NCBI GenBank assembly: GCA_040285825.1
Contig: JAUPSS010000004.1
Location: 3,603,658 to 3,667,657 of the forward strand
Source of the DNA: Eukaryota sp. TZLM1-RC
Lineage: Eukaryota; Protista; Metamonada: BaSk clade
Direction of reading: 5' to 3'
DNA: 64,000 bases
Positions 35,451 to 47,656 of the stretch are shown here, one piece after another. Under the pieces are notes generated by a model that saw only the letters and a list, made by a program, of their open reading frames with translations, ran no database searches and was not told the DNA's origin. Positions within the stretch are counted from its first letter, which is position 1, and the number at the start of each line of letters is the position of its first letter. Both the position numbers and the translations under genes were made by a program.

Positions 35451-35829
35451 TTCATTTTAATTCATTTTCATTCAAACAAATTCTTTAATAAACTGTATTT
35501 TATTTTATTTTATTTTATTTTATTGAAAAAACCCTTTCAACTCTTTAAAAGGGTTGTTTCAATTAAATTAATAACCAAACAATTGTAATTTGTTGTTCTT
35601 ACAATAAGCAGTTGCTTTTTTTAAATGAGTATATAAACTTTAATATTTTGAAGAGAAAACATTTTCAGAGTAATTAAATTGTAGATCAGAAATATTTTTT
35701 AACAAAAAAGAAATTAATTTTTAATTTGTTTTGTTTTGTTTTGTTTTGTTTCTTCGTAGAATAAATAATTATTGTTGACAAAAAAGATAAAAAAAGATAA
35801 AATGATTGAAAACACTTGAAAAGAAGCCT

Positions 35830-36008
35830 CAGCCTGTTTATGTGGTTGTTGTTCCTTTCCAAACCGAAAACACCTTTGGTTTGGCCCCAGTGCATCAACT
35901 TCACACAGTAAGAGCCATGATGTAGTGCCAAAGGATCACAATTCAGCTGATGAGCCGTTGATCCTGAGACCCAGTCCAGAACCTCTTTGAACTCTTCTTC
36001 TCAGTCAT
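35830..36008 (-). pseudogene. Myb-repeat gene remnant
   Basis: MTEKKSSKRFWTGSQDQRLIS*IV then frameshift to SFGTTSWLLL fits WTxxEDxxLxxxVxxYGxxxW. Confidence 0.45.
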
Positions 36009-36361
36009 TTCCTTAACCCTAACCCGAACCCTAATTCAATATCTACCTTTTTGACACAATATTCACCACATCAAATCAGGTATAGCACCAGTAGGATGTC
36101 ACCCTCATCGAACTTCACTAACTCAATTTTCTCTTCTCATGGAACATCTAAGTGGATGCAGGTCCTTGGTATTTGCTGACAGAAAATTGTAAAATTGCAT
36201 TAAACAGTTCCTTTACCTAACGTTACATTCTTTTGTTAGTTCAACCTTTCAATTTTCCTATTCAAAGCCTTTCTATGGACTAGTTGTTGGAACTCAACCA
36301 TCGAGCAATGCTGAACAAGAGGTAACTATCTGCACAGGGGATTTAATTATAATCAAAGTCA

Positions 36362-37241
36362 TTGAATGAGACTTATCGTCCTAATGTTGCTTATTTCGTA
36401 CTTAAAGGTGTTTTTTCAAAAAATATTAATGCATATTCTTCCAAAGAAATTCAACGAAAAAGTGATTTGCGAAGGAGAATAATGAATACTTATTTTAGCC
36501 ATCTTTGTGACCCTACTCAATCACATTATTCAAAAGCTTCGTGAGGAAAGTTTTGCTACTGTTTTAAAGATTAGTGATTTAAAAGAACACCCTTTTGTTC
36601 AGTTACCAGATGAAGAGACGATATTGAAGTTGTCAACTTTACTCCTTCTTCAATCCGTTTCAAATGAAATAGACGACGAAGGGAAAGAACTTCGCCAACA
36701 AATAATGAAGGACGCGGAAGCTCACCTTGAACCTACAGATTACTGTTTGTTTGAGCAGCTCCCTCCTTTATGGACGCAGACCCCAAAGAGAGGAAGAAAC
36801 GTTGGGTTTCTGACTCGGGGATGCAAAGGGGACTTATGGAGCCAAACACAATAAAAGTCCACTACATTCGAGGTTACGAATGGAGATTCTACCTCCACTA
36901 TTATCGTCCTACAATGCAAAGATACGGTCTTTGCTCCTCTGATATTTTTAGTCGTAAAGCCAGTACTTTAACAACAAAAGACGACACCTTCAGGTTTCTG
37001 AGGTTTGTTACTTTGCTTACTGTTGTTTTTGATCCAACATAGACCCTGCATAATCATGAGCGAATCTATTCTTCGATTCTATGATACCTTTACTAAACGA
37101 CTCTACCACGTTTCTCGTTTACGAAAAAGGGAAGAAGCAAAGCATCTTTATGTAGCGACTAAAACATACACAACAAAGTATTCAAACACACAGATCTTGG
37201 AACGAGGCCCTTTTCAGTTATTGCTGACTACCTTATACTAA
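36362..37241 (+). pseudogene. Fragmented ORF of unknown function
   Basis: Four consecutive overlapping ORFs in shifting frames. No motif recognised. Confidence 0.3.
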
Positions 37242-37539
37242 CATTGTTCTGGGAAAGTCATAGCACATCAATTGTCGATCTTCAAAATATGTTTGTGTGA
37301 ATTTCAATCACTACAAAGATAATTGTAGACAATAGAAAACACTAGAATTTAGTATTTAGTGCTCAGTATTTATAGTTATTTAGTTAATTGTTCATAGTTT
37401 TGTTTCATATTCATATTAGCTGATTTATTTTGAAAAAGGGAAGAAGCAGTGTTGGCGCCCTAAGGCTTATATGTTATGACTAGAAAATAAATCAACTTTT
37501 CCTCATTGTCTTTATCTTAACCAAACTTTTCCAACCTAC

Positions 37540-38290
37540 GGCATCATTTGGACACCTAACAAAAAATTTGCGAAAGCGGGATTACCTTTTTTGGCCGAGC
37601 CAAGACGAACAGTGAAAACCAATCCCTCAAAAATCATTGTTAATTTCTGTGGCAATTTTTTACACAATACCCTAAATTTTCTAGCGTTCTAGATAGTATT
37701 CCATGTACATCATTAGGAAAACATTTACTTTAACTGTCATGGGGCAAACAATTGAAGAACTTTTTCTCGTAAACAATACTTACACACAAAATTTTTCCTC
37801 CACCAAGGACCAGCTTGACAAAGGATCGAAGATTTAGTGAAATCAGTACCAGCATAACCTAATTTATTTGGGTGAATGATGAAAACACATGACTTCGAAT
37901 TATTCACAACAATAAAAGATGTCAAAATTATGTCTTTTCAATGTTTAAACCAGGGGCAAAATTTATATGAAATATTTGGAGATATTTTTGAGATGTTTTT
38001 TTACCTCCGTAACAAATTTTCAAGATAAAAACTGAATATGTTTCGGAAGTCTAAAAGAAGAAATTGTAACAAGTACAATACCCAATTTAATAAAAAAAAG
38101 TTTATTAAATTCACCAGTAATTTTGGGAACATTTCCAAGCCAGCAGCCTAGGAAAGGAGAAGCATCTGAGGAATAGTTTCCGAAAGGAATTTCAACACCA
38201 TCAATAGTTAAAACTAACTTTTTCATTTCCTTTGATTAGACACTTGTCGGGCTTTAGCAAAAGACCAATACTTTTATAAAAAAATGAATC
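37540..38290 (-). mobile_element. Highly degraded family B-like non-LTR copy
   Basis: IPFGNYSSDASPFLGCWLGNVP and FTKSSILCQ match 56424-58070. Confidence 0.7.
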
Positions 38291-39131
38291 TTCAGAAGCA
38301 ATTTCATTCAAACCATTTTATAAAAGTAGATGATTTATGTAACTGTTGAATTGATTGGAGAGAGTCAAAAAAGGAAAATTGTCCGGAAAATATTATATGA
38401 ATTGTGACAATGCATATTCAATAAATATATTATATGACAATGCATTAACCAATTCCATAAATTTATGAAATCAACCTTAAAAGTTTATTGAAAAACATAA
38501 AACTATATAAAACTACTATTTATCAAAACTACAAGTTAATCCAAATGCGTTTTCTACTTTGTTGAGGGTCGACAAAAACTTCAAGGTGGTGATGCTCCAG
38601 TTTATGTGGCCAAGTCATGAAAACTAAGTCTTACAATGTCAAGCAAAGGTTGTCTTAGGTCTAGACGATTACTATTACTCTAGTTATTACGATTGGTTTC
38701 CGTTGATTTCAAGTTTTAGAACAAAGCATTTCTTCACCTTCATGCAGAGGTAACAGTTGTGGAAAAATCAAAATCAAACAATTCTATTTTTAATTCAAGG
38801 GTTTATACTATTAAATTTTATAGTAGAGATATCTACAACAACAGTAGTCAGTGCAATATAATGGAAACAGTGACAAAAAGGCTTTACAAAATTTTCAGCA
38901 ACACTACTGAGCAAAATGGTGATAATGACATTCCTTAATTCCGAAAAATTACCAGAAACTAGGTGATGATGTTTCCCAATTTAACCCAATTTTTGGATTC
39001 AATCATGAACATTAGAAATAATGATGACATTTTCCTTCATGTATCCAGATCTAAGAAGTATGGTGGTGTTAGCACAACACGCTCTATAATTTCATCTAAC
39101 GCTGTGTTTTGGAGTGGAACAAAATTTTTTT

Positions 39132-39444
39132 TTAAAACTGGAATATTTATTGAGATAAAAATAACCTTCTAGAATTCAATATCCTCCAAATAAGCGTCAC
39201 TATTACTGAACCTACTCACAGCATTACGTTCATATTCTACACCGACAGCTAAAAGTGCCTTTGAAATCATTGTAGGAATAGACTTGAAAATGCAAAAAAC
39301 AATTCTATTTAACCAGAAAGTGGAGTTCATTGTTTTACCAGACCTATTCAGTAACACTTTTTTGAAATTTTCCAAAAAGTGCAACCCTGAAGGTCCAATA
39401 TTGCCAAAAAGAGAAATTGCAAACGGCACAAACTGATATTTCAC
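39132..39444 (-). mobile_element. Family C 3' fragment
   Basis: Near-identical to 21679-21995 with an A-tail. Flanking repeat acaaaattttttt at 39119-39131/39443-39455. Confidence 0.85.
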
Positions 39445-39609
39445 AAAATTTTTTTGAATGGCTTTGTTTAAGATTTCATTATCAATAAATACGTTCAGTG
39501 AATAGCTCTTGCTGTGTTGTCCAGAAATTACAGTACACTTCTTTTTAAATCATTGTATGATGTATGGAATTCATTTTAATAAAAAGACGATTCAATTAGT
39601 CAATGAATA

Positions 39610-42126
39610 ATGAATTCAAAATCTAATTCATTCACCATTAATCCAATGACATCAATCTACGAAAAGTTCACTTCGTTAGACTCTGAACCCCAAACTGGAG
39701 AGATTTGGTATATTGTCCCAAAGAACTGGTATACACAGTTCATCATCCACGGAAAGAACCTCTATCCTGACCAAAAACCCGATGATGAACTCAAGATACC
39801 TACATCAGACTTAACAACCCTTGGCACAATCAAGCTTCCTCAACACCCAAAGATAACGAGCAAAACTCTCAAACCTGGACTCACTCTTGATCAGGATGTT
39901 GTTTGTATCAATGAATCCCAATGGAACCTCATCTCTGTCTATTTTGGTTCCGATGATCCGATCCGTCGGGAAGTAGTGCCCAAAGCCCCCGATTCTATGG
40001 AGGTGATGGTGGATCTTTATCCATTGAGACTACGCCTTAGACAAGTAGGTTCTGTGCAAGATGAAACCTTAGCAGCCTCCTCAACCTCCTCACTTGGTTT
40101 TTTACGTGAACAGATTGCCTCCAAAAACAAAGTTGATAAAGACAAGGTCAGGCTTTCACTATCCCATCCTGAATTCAAGGCACTCTCATCAGAAGAAGAT
40201 GAACATTCCCTTACTGATTTAGGTATTCAAGACGGCTCCCAACTCAATGTTACCATTATAAAACCCCAATCAATTGACCAGAAAAGTCTTTATGGTACCT
40301 CAAAGGCATTAGTAAGTGAGCAATTCCCCTCATTTTCCACTCAATCCCACCATTACAACCTTCGTAATCATGTAAGGACCCAACCAAAGGGAGTTACAGG
40401 GCTCTCTAATCTTGGAAACACTTGCTTTATGAATAGCATCATTCAATGTGTCTCCCATTGCACTCCTCTCACAGAGTTTTGTTTGTCTGATCAGTTCAAA
40501 AAAGACCTCAATACCACTAACCCTATTGGTTCTGGTGGTAAGATTGCTTCTGCTTGGAGAGAGACCGTAAATGCTTTGTGGAATGGTTCAAGCTCTGTTT
40601 ATACTCCAACAAGGTTAAAGAGTGAGATTGGAAAGGTGGCTCCTCAATTCTTGGGGTACAGACAACATGATAGTCAAGAATTTTTGTTGTTTTTATTGGA
40701 TAATCTACACGAGGATTTAAACCGAATTATTAACAAACCCTATTTTACTGAAGATATTACAACCACTGATGAAGAGGAAATCGCCAGGGAAAGTATTCGT
40801 AGGTACAAAGCAAGAAACGAATCTGTGGTATCTGAATTGTTTACTGGCCTTTTTAAAAGTGAATTACATTGCCCTAGTTGTGATAAGATTGCCGTCACCT
40901 TTGACCCAACTAACCAAATAGCAGTCCCCATTCCAGATCGATCAAATTTCAGCCTAAGTCTCAAAGTTGCCGCTTTTGACTTTCAACAAAAGAAGATGGT
41001 TATTTTCAATGTAAAAGTTAAAACACCAAAGCTAGCCACTGGGGTTTTTATTAAAAAGGAAGTTGCCACTCTTATTGGAGTGCCCGCTGAATCTATTGCT
41101 CTAAGTAAAACTGGTTATGGTGGTACGGAACACAAAGTTAATCTTATTGGTGACCAAGAACGTGTTAATGTTGAGCATACTAACCAAGTAATCGGTAGAG
41201 TTGTCAATTCTGTTGAAAATGGTGGAATTGTTTTAGGAAAAGCTTCAAACTCTAAAATTGTTGCCATTCGCCACTCTTCTCCAAAGAAAACCCACGGAAT
41301 GACTCATTACCACACTTCGTTTCATAATAAGGAAGACTTGTGCACTGTTTTGTTTAGTTTAAACGAAGATTGTTCAGCAGATGATGTTCGTGAGGTTGTC
41401 GAGATTGCTAATCAATCATTGTTGACTGGCGACTGGCAAGCACATGCCAAGGTCACTTTCTCCACCTATGCCACTGGAAAAGCCATTTCTCTATTGGCTG
41501 ATCATGATTTGAAACCTGCAATGACTGGTTATTACTCTTACAATAACAACTCTCCCCTCGAAATTAATGTTAATTGGGATGGTAAAGAAAACTTTAAGTT
41601 GTTTTTCTCTTTTGACCAAGAAAAACAAAATTTCCAATCACCTGAGCTCAACCACATTGAAAGCACTAATGTTTCTATTTACGATTGCTTTGACTTATTC
41701 TCAAAGGCCGAAACTTTGGATGAGCAAAACGAATGGTATTGTCCTCAGTGCAAAGAGCATAAGAAAGCTGATAAGAAGATGGATATATACCATGCTCCTG
41801 ATTTATTGGTTGTCACTTTGAAAAGATTTAAGTATGATTCTTTTTTCAGAAATAAAATTGATGAAGAAGTTGATTTCCCAGTCAGAGGATTGGACCTGTC
41901 AAAATACGTGCAAAGTCAAGATGATTTGATTTATGATTTGATTGGAGTTTCCAACCATATGGGCTCAATGGGTGGAGGTCATTACATTGCTTACTGTTAC
42001 AACCCTGAAGCAAAGAAATGGTTTGAATTCGATGATTCCAGAACCAGGGAAATTTCTGAAGAAAGTGTAGTTAGTAGAATGGGTTACGTGTTGTTTTACA
42101 GGAGAAGAAAAGTCGAATGTGATTAA
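39610..42126 (+). CDS. Ubiquitin-specific protease, USP4/11/15 family (DUSP-UBL-UCH)
   Basis: GLSNLGNTCFMNS, QHDSQEFL, WYCPQCKEH and NHMGSMGGGHYIAY. Confidence 0.93.
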   Translation: MNSKSNSFTINPMTSIYEKFTSLDSEPQTGEIWYIVPKNWYTQFIIHGKNLYPDQKPDDELKIPTSDLTTLGTIKLPQHPKITSKTLKPGLTLDQDVVCINESQWNLISVYFGSDDPIRREVVPKAPDSMEVMVDLYPLRLRLRQVGSVQDETLAASSTSSLGFLREQIASKNKVDKDKVRLSLSHPEFKALSSEEDEHSLTDLGIQDGSQLNVTIIKPQSIDQKSLYGTSKALVSEQFPSFSTQSHHYNLRNHVRTQPKGVTGLSNLGNTCFMNSIIQCVSHCTPLTEFCLSDQFKKDLNTTNPIGSGGKIASAWRETVNALWNGSSSVYTPTRLKSEIGKVAPQFLGYRQHDSQEFLLFLLDNLHEDLNRIINKPYFTEDITTTDEEEIARESIRRYKARNESVVSELFTGLFKSELHCPSCDKIAVTFDPTNQIAVPIPDRSNFSLSLKVAAFDFQQKKMVIFNVKVKTPKLATGVFIKKEVATLIGVPAESIALSKTGYGGTEHKVNLIGDQERVNVEHTNQVIGRVVNSVENGGIVLGKASNSKIVAIRHSSPKKTHGMTHYHTSFHNKEDLCTVLFSLNEDCSADDVREVVEIANQSLLTGDWQAHAKVTFSTYATGKAISLLADHDLKPAMTGYYSYNNNSPLEINVNWDGKENFKLFFSFDQEKQNFQSPELNHIESTNVSIYDCFDLFSKAETLDEQNEWYCPQCKEHKKADKKMDIYHAPDLLVVTLKRFKYDSFFRNKIDEEVDFPVRGLDLSKYVQSQDDLIYDLIGVSNHMGSMGGGHYIAYCYNPEAKKWFEFDDSRTREISEESVVSRMGYVLFYRRRKVECD

Positions 42127-42222
42127 ATAAACAAAGATTTTTGGTAGAATTATTTAAAAGTTGATAGGAAAAGTGTAAATTGAATTAAAAAAATCAGGGA
42201 ATAAAAGAAAAAACGTTAATAC

Positions 42223-43620
42223 CTACTCGTTTGCCTCTGCTAAATCATCACGCTTAACTTGTGCACTATTTTCTTCTACAATTTCAACACTGTCAGCCTG
42301 ATTTGCACTATCAATTGCCTTGTCATCAATGACATCATCACCATTCACCACATCCTCCCCTTCAGGAGGTTTTCTCTTCACAGAAGGCAAGTTCAACATT
42401 AAAGAAGCTTCAGCAACCTTGATTGAAACACTTTGATCATTGGTATTATTCAAAGTCTCAAAGTAGTCATCTGAAACATCAGGGACATACGGTGCCAGAT
42501 CTTTAATTTTATCACACACAGAAAAGAATCTTTTCATTGAAGAAAGGTACAGCAATCTCATATTAACTCCCCAAATGTCAACTCCTTCCTTATCTTGAAA
42601 GAAATTAGAAATACAAACCCCCTCCTGAGTTACTTCCACTGGTTTACATTTCCTAACAACTTCTGGTATTGACTTGAATGGACAAGGGGTATGTTGTTTG
42701 AATGAAAGGGATAATAAAGCGTTGAAAATAGAAGAATAGTCAGTTGGTGGTCGTAATCTTCCTTTTTTATTTTTGAATATATCGGCTTCCACTTCTCTAG
42801 GATTCATTGAAAAGTGAATCAAAGAGTACATCACCAATTTTTTTACAAAGTCAGATATTGGATCCGCTAAGATGCCACAAAAGTTAGTGGTGTAATTGTT
42901 GATTAATTCCTGATACTTTGATTTATCAAAAGAAGAAAACATTTTAGCAATTACTCCTCGCTTATTCAATTTATCTCTAATTTTGAATGAAATAAAATCT
43001 TTCAGTCGTTCTTTTTCTTGATTTCTGGACCTATTTAAATAAAACTTTGTAATTTCTGCTTCAGATACTCTTATGGGCGGAGGTGATTCACCTAGGTCGG
43101 AATCTGAGACATACAAGTCTTCAGAAGTCAAGGGAAATTCAAAGAATTCTCTATTGGTTGGCCAAAAGAAACCCTTTCTTCTTTGATCACTAACCATCAT
43201 CGAAAGAGTGGAATACTGAGGTGGTGACATTGCAGAAAGAACAACGGGTTTCAACTCCTTCAATGCTTGTTTGAAAGGAGTTCGGTTAACAACTTGACGG
43301 TGATAGTCACTCCTTTTTTCTGAGATATTTCTGTCGTCAACGCCCGGGAATCTACGTTTATTACTCTTCGTATTGCCTTGTGGTTTTGACTTTTTTGTAG
43401 AAGCAGATGGTGGAGGTGGTGGGGGAGCAGTTGATGAAGATAAGACTTCTTTACAAACATTAATAGAGACAGACTTGATGAGGTTGTGGTGTTGATCTAT
43501 ATCATCACCAAAGTAAGAACGTAAGTGTTGCTTTATTTGCTTTAATGTAAGTTTATGAGGATCATTCTGACTGACAAACTCCTCAATATAAGGAGCCACA
43601 TCATCCTTACATAATGACAT
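42223..43620 (-). CDS. DEK-C domain protein (putative chromatin-associated)
   Basis: N-terminal DPHKLTLKQIKQHLRSYFGDDIDQHHNLIK resembles DEK_C. Confidence 0.55.
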   Translation of the reverse strand: MSLCKDDVAPYIEEFVSQNDPHKLTLKQIKQHLRSYFGDDIDQHHNLIKSVSINVCKEVLSSSTAPPPPPPSASTKKSKPQGNTKSNKRRFPGVDDRNISEKRSDYHRQVVNRTPFKQALKELKPVVLSAMSPPQYSTLSMMVSDQRRKGFFWPTNREFFEFPLTSEDLYVSDSDLGESPPPIRVSEAEITKFYLNRSRNQEKERLKDFISFKIRDKLNKRGVIAKMFSSFDKSKYQELINNYTTNFCGILADPISDFVKKLVMYSLIHFSMNPREVEADIFKNKKGRLRPPTDYSSIFNALLSLSFKQHTPCPFKSIPEVVRKCKPVEVTQEGVCISNFFQDKEGVDIWGVNMRLLYLSSMKRFFSVCDKIKDLAPYVPDVSDDYFETLNNTNDQSVSIKVAEASLMLNLPSVKRKPPEGEDVVNGDDVIDDKAIDSANQADSVEIVEENSAQVKRDDLAEANE

Positions 43621-43835
43621 AAGCTAGCGGCACAAATGTGTAAAATGGTAATAATCCCTGGAGATTAATGGAGGATGTAGGTGAAATGAATCAAAAGAAA
43701 TATCAATACTTCAATCACATACACATGTCCAAACTTAACCGTCCGCAGATGATCGGCTTTGATCAAAATACGTTGCTTTTGAATACTCTTATTGAGGTCT
43801 TTTAAAAGCTAGGGGTCTTGTATTCAGAAAATACT

Positions 43836-44226
43836 AGCTTACTGCAATCTCCCACTGGTTTCGTGATGGTCTCCTCTCGGGTGGCCTCCTGGGCCACCAA
43901 GGTGATTTTTTGCTACATGGTCTTGGATCGCTTGATATGAGTGGCGTGGAAGTCCTCCACTTCACCTGACCTCGAGCTTTCTTCATCTCTATTGTGGTGC
44001 GCCTTCTACGAGTAGGCTTGACGATATGTGAAAAAGGCAAACGCAAGCTAACACCGTTAGTGGCCACAGAGTACTCTGGTATCTGTCCCGAGATAAGCCC
44101 AAATAGCGGTAGAGGCATTCCAAGAGTTGACCGGCATGATTTCCGGAAGCAAAGGTGTCGATGGTTTGTTGGTTTAAGTTCATAAAGCCCGGGACATAAC
44201 CCGTGAGGGGAGACAGGCATGTAGCT
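43836..44226. ncRNA. Unidentified GC-rich structured island (candidate ncRNA)
   Basis: Ends are complementary (AGCTTACTGCAATCTCCC / GGGAGACAGGCATGTAGCT), with several perfect internal hairpins and no convincing ORF. Confidence 0.35.
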
Positions 44227-45489
44227 TCATACTTCTCATCAGCATTTTGTTGATATTTTACTATCAGGTACTACTATTACTATTTTATGTATAGCAAAAA
44301 CTCTGGTCAGCTGTCCATCAATATAATCACATACTGGCTGCTCAAAGAACTGATAAAGAGAACAGGCACGTGCCGATGACTTCGTGACCCTTACTGGAAG
44401 TAGAAGGTGCACAGACAATCAGAAATGATTGATTTATGAGTTTCAGTTACTTTTAAAATTTGGTTTATCTTCAACTTCTTTTATCCACAACACAATAATA
44501 CATGCACAAACTGATAAATAGACACATTTATAATGGATACTGGATTTTGTTTCCATCATTTTTTGCTTAAAATAGTAATTTGACGTGAAATTTGATGAAA
44601 TTGTGGTAAGTCACAGCAGTTGTTTGTTTAATGTCGAATGTAATAAAAAGTAGAGGACCTTTAATCAACCGCAATGTGGTTCCACACTTTACACAAGTGG
44701 ATTTTACAAAAACAAAGTTTATTGTAACATCATTCTTATGGTCAATTTGAAAACTGAACCCAAATTGAAGCATATAACTATTTAAACCACATGAATTCAA
44801 AGGTAGAAGAGTACCGTCATTAATTCTCTTCACAACAAGCTTGTGATTAAAGTCAGTAATCTTAATTAAAACAAAGTTAATAAAAAGAGGATAGCTTTGA
44901 AATTATTTTTACTAGCAACGGAATCACAAATTTGTTTTCCAAATTTTGAGAGCAAATATACGAACATTAATGGGGAATTTCTTCCTTGGTTTTCTAGGAA
45001 TGTTTTGCAATTTAAGTAAATGCTCAATGTCAGCATTGTTACCAGTTTTCCACGAAGATACAGAAATACCATCGTTTATATGTTTACTTCCTTCAAACCT
45101 TACACATTGAAAATCACGTGTTCGGCTCAAGCTGAAGTTTAAATCATAAAACAGTAAATCCACTCCAACTGCAAGGTGAGCACATCTCAAGAAATCATTG
45201 TAACAATCAATGTTGATAATTAACATTCTTTGAGTAAATCTACAGTATCAAGTAAGGCAATTGAACAAAGCAGAAGCAACACAATTACGGTTCAAATTAT
45301 ACAAACATCAAGCAGGAAGACAACACAGTCTACTGAATTTCATTATATAGACTTAGACTGAGACAGATCAAAAACATGTTTTTAGTTGATGAAGGAAATA
45401 ACTCGAGTTCTTTAAGACTTGCACCTAAAAATATTTCAGATCTTCTGGATGGTGAATTTTTAGATTCATGTCGAAATCATGATACAGAA

Positions 45490-46075
45490 TATTTATTGCA
45501 CTCGTACACTTAACAAAATAAACTCATAACTAATGGGACGAAATTTATTGAACCAAAATTTCCTCTACAAAATCCTAATCTGTTTGATGTTTAGCTAAAG
45601 CTTCTCTAACTCGATTGCAAAACCGAGGCAATCTATTAATAATGGTAAATTGAATCCGAGAGCGCTATCTAACAATATCAAATTTTTTTCTTGTTCTTTC
45701 TTGAACCATTTCTTCGAAATCATTCGAAACAGTTCTTGCTTCTACTGATACTTTTCTGTTTATAGAAAATGGGAAAGTAATAAAAAAAAGTGGTCTATTT
45801 CTATCAGCATTAGCTTCTTCAATATCTTTGTCATGTTTTCTATGTTTTTTTGGGTCTTAAATTCGAAATCATCTACAAGATTAAGCTTTCTTTTTTGAAC
45901 CAAAGTGTCGTTTGCAACATTATATGAGACAAAGTCAACAACAGCTTCAGAGTTCTCAATCCAATCACAGTATATAACACCTCTATCATCAGAGGCAAAA
46001 CTGTTCAATGACAGTGTTTCTTTCAGCAGAGGCTCTTTGATACACGAGAATCTTGCGGTTCGTGCCATATTGAAA
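45490..46075 (-). mobile_element. 5'-truncated family A copy
   Basis: MARTARFSCIKEPLLKETL... and family 3' UTR on the minus strand. Confidence 0.85.
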
Positions 46076-46110
46076 GTTTAATTAAATAAATTAAAATTTC
46101 ATTTTGAATC

Positions 46111-47551
46111 ATGATATTAGAAACAATGAACCTGGCGAAATTTTTATGGTCTCATTACACTATACACTTCCTTCAAATTAAGAATTGTGTCAAGTCTGAA
46201 AGCCTGGTTGATATTATATTTCCAGTTGATGTACATTTTCCTGCTGATGCTGTTGAAAAAGTTCATCGAATATTCTTAAAACCAGCAATTACGATTGCTC
46301 AAATTGATGACAGTAGAGAAGGGAAACCTTATCACGTTACCCCTGTATCAACAAATGTAGGTTCTGGATGTTTTGCAATTGATACAAGATCAATATTCTT
46401 TATTTATTGAATTTGCACGCTTAATTAAATCAATATGGACAATTTTTAGACCAACATTGAGGGACGATTTGTTGCCTAAACAGAAATTGAAAATGTTCGA
46501 TACACAAGATCAAATTCACACATTAAACTACCTGAACAATTTGACTTTTGGTACAATATTATTGATTTAAACCAAACAATGTTCAAACACAAGATTTATA
46601 AATTTAACAACATTATTCAAACAGAGGGACTCAATATTGTGCTGAAATTTGTCCGTCGAGATTTGAAAAGTCAGAAATGTGAGCCATACAACAAGGCCAG
46701 TATTCTCGATTTAATTATTGATGATGTTGAAGTCAATACTTTTCAACACAAACGAATTGTTGTTTGTGATCCTGGAAAACGTGTTTTTCTGTATTTTGGG
46801 AGTAAAACAACGGATCAAGAATTGACCACGGTGCCTGAACATGATACTGAACAGCAAAGAAATGGCCCAGTGAATAAAGACAATAAATTCAAATGGTTGA
46901 GAATGATTCAGATGTCGTGGTCTTTGAAAACAAGGATTAATGAAAAACACAAACGATGGGCAACACAGTATTCTGAGGCAGAACAAGCAAGTCACCAGAT
47001 TATAGAGTCTAACGAAATGTAAATGACAATCGAAAATGTAAACAGCAACTCATCAGCGTTTGTTGCAAATTCACACCTTTGATAGATTTTCCAATTTTGT
47101 GGTTGCCAAACTTCGGCAAGTTTTTTGACAATTGATTTTTACAGTCTTGACCTGTGGAGCATTCACAAAATGCAAGCTTTTATTCACAAACAAAAGACTG
47201 AAAGTTGGTTATTAAAAAACCTTGTTCAACAGTTTGGCAATCCAAAAAAAATTAATACTAATGGGTGATTATGGTAAAAAAGGATGTAAAAATTTAAAAC
47301 ATCATTGGCCTACTCGAGAAATGGAGTGGATGCAATTTCAGGAAAGGAAGGGATTTGAAATATTGATGATTAATGAAGCATTCACTTCAGCAAAATGTCC
47401 TCAATGGCTCAACAATGCGTTTCAATAGAAATAAGCTGGCATGCCTTAAAATGTTTGCAATTGCTGAAGCCATAATGAGTGGTAATGAAAGTCCTCAGTA
47501 TCTGTGCAGAGATTTTTGGCAATTATTCCACCCTTTCCCACAAAACTTGTC
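46111..47551 (+). pseudogene. Fanzor (TnpB-like) remnant, 5'-truncated and frameshifted
   Basis: In order: AIDTRS, FNNIIQTEG, VVCDPGK (46768), LMGDY (47264), INEAFTSAKC (47375), FNRN (D>N) and SPQYLCR. Confidence 0.8.
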
Positions 47552-47656
47552 TGTGATTTTCATTCGAATTCAGGTCTTTTCAACGTCTTACACATCTTAC
47601 TTTGCTATCTTCTGCTTGATCTTACGTGATAACTGTCCATAGGCCTGTTATTATTA

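Noticed and set aside
43840-43915. U1 snRNA on the minus strand (ATCACGAA, ATTGCA)
   Set aside because: Lacks the ACUUACCU 5' end and has the wrong stem spacing; it would not pair with the GTTTG donors.
44567-45300. Short minus-strand ORFs as a gene or transposase
   Set aside because: Fragmented, with no motif recognised.
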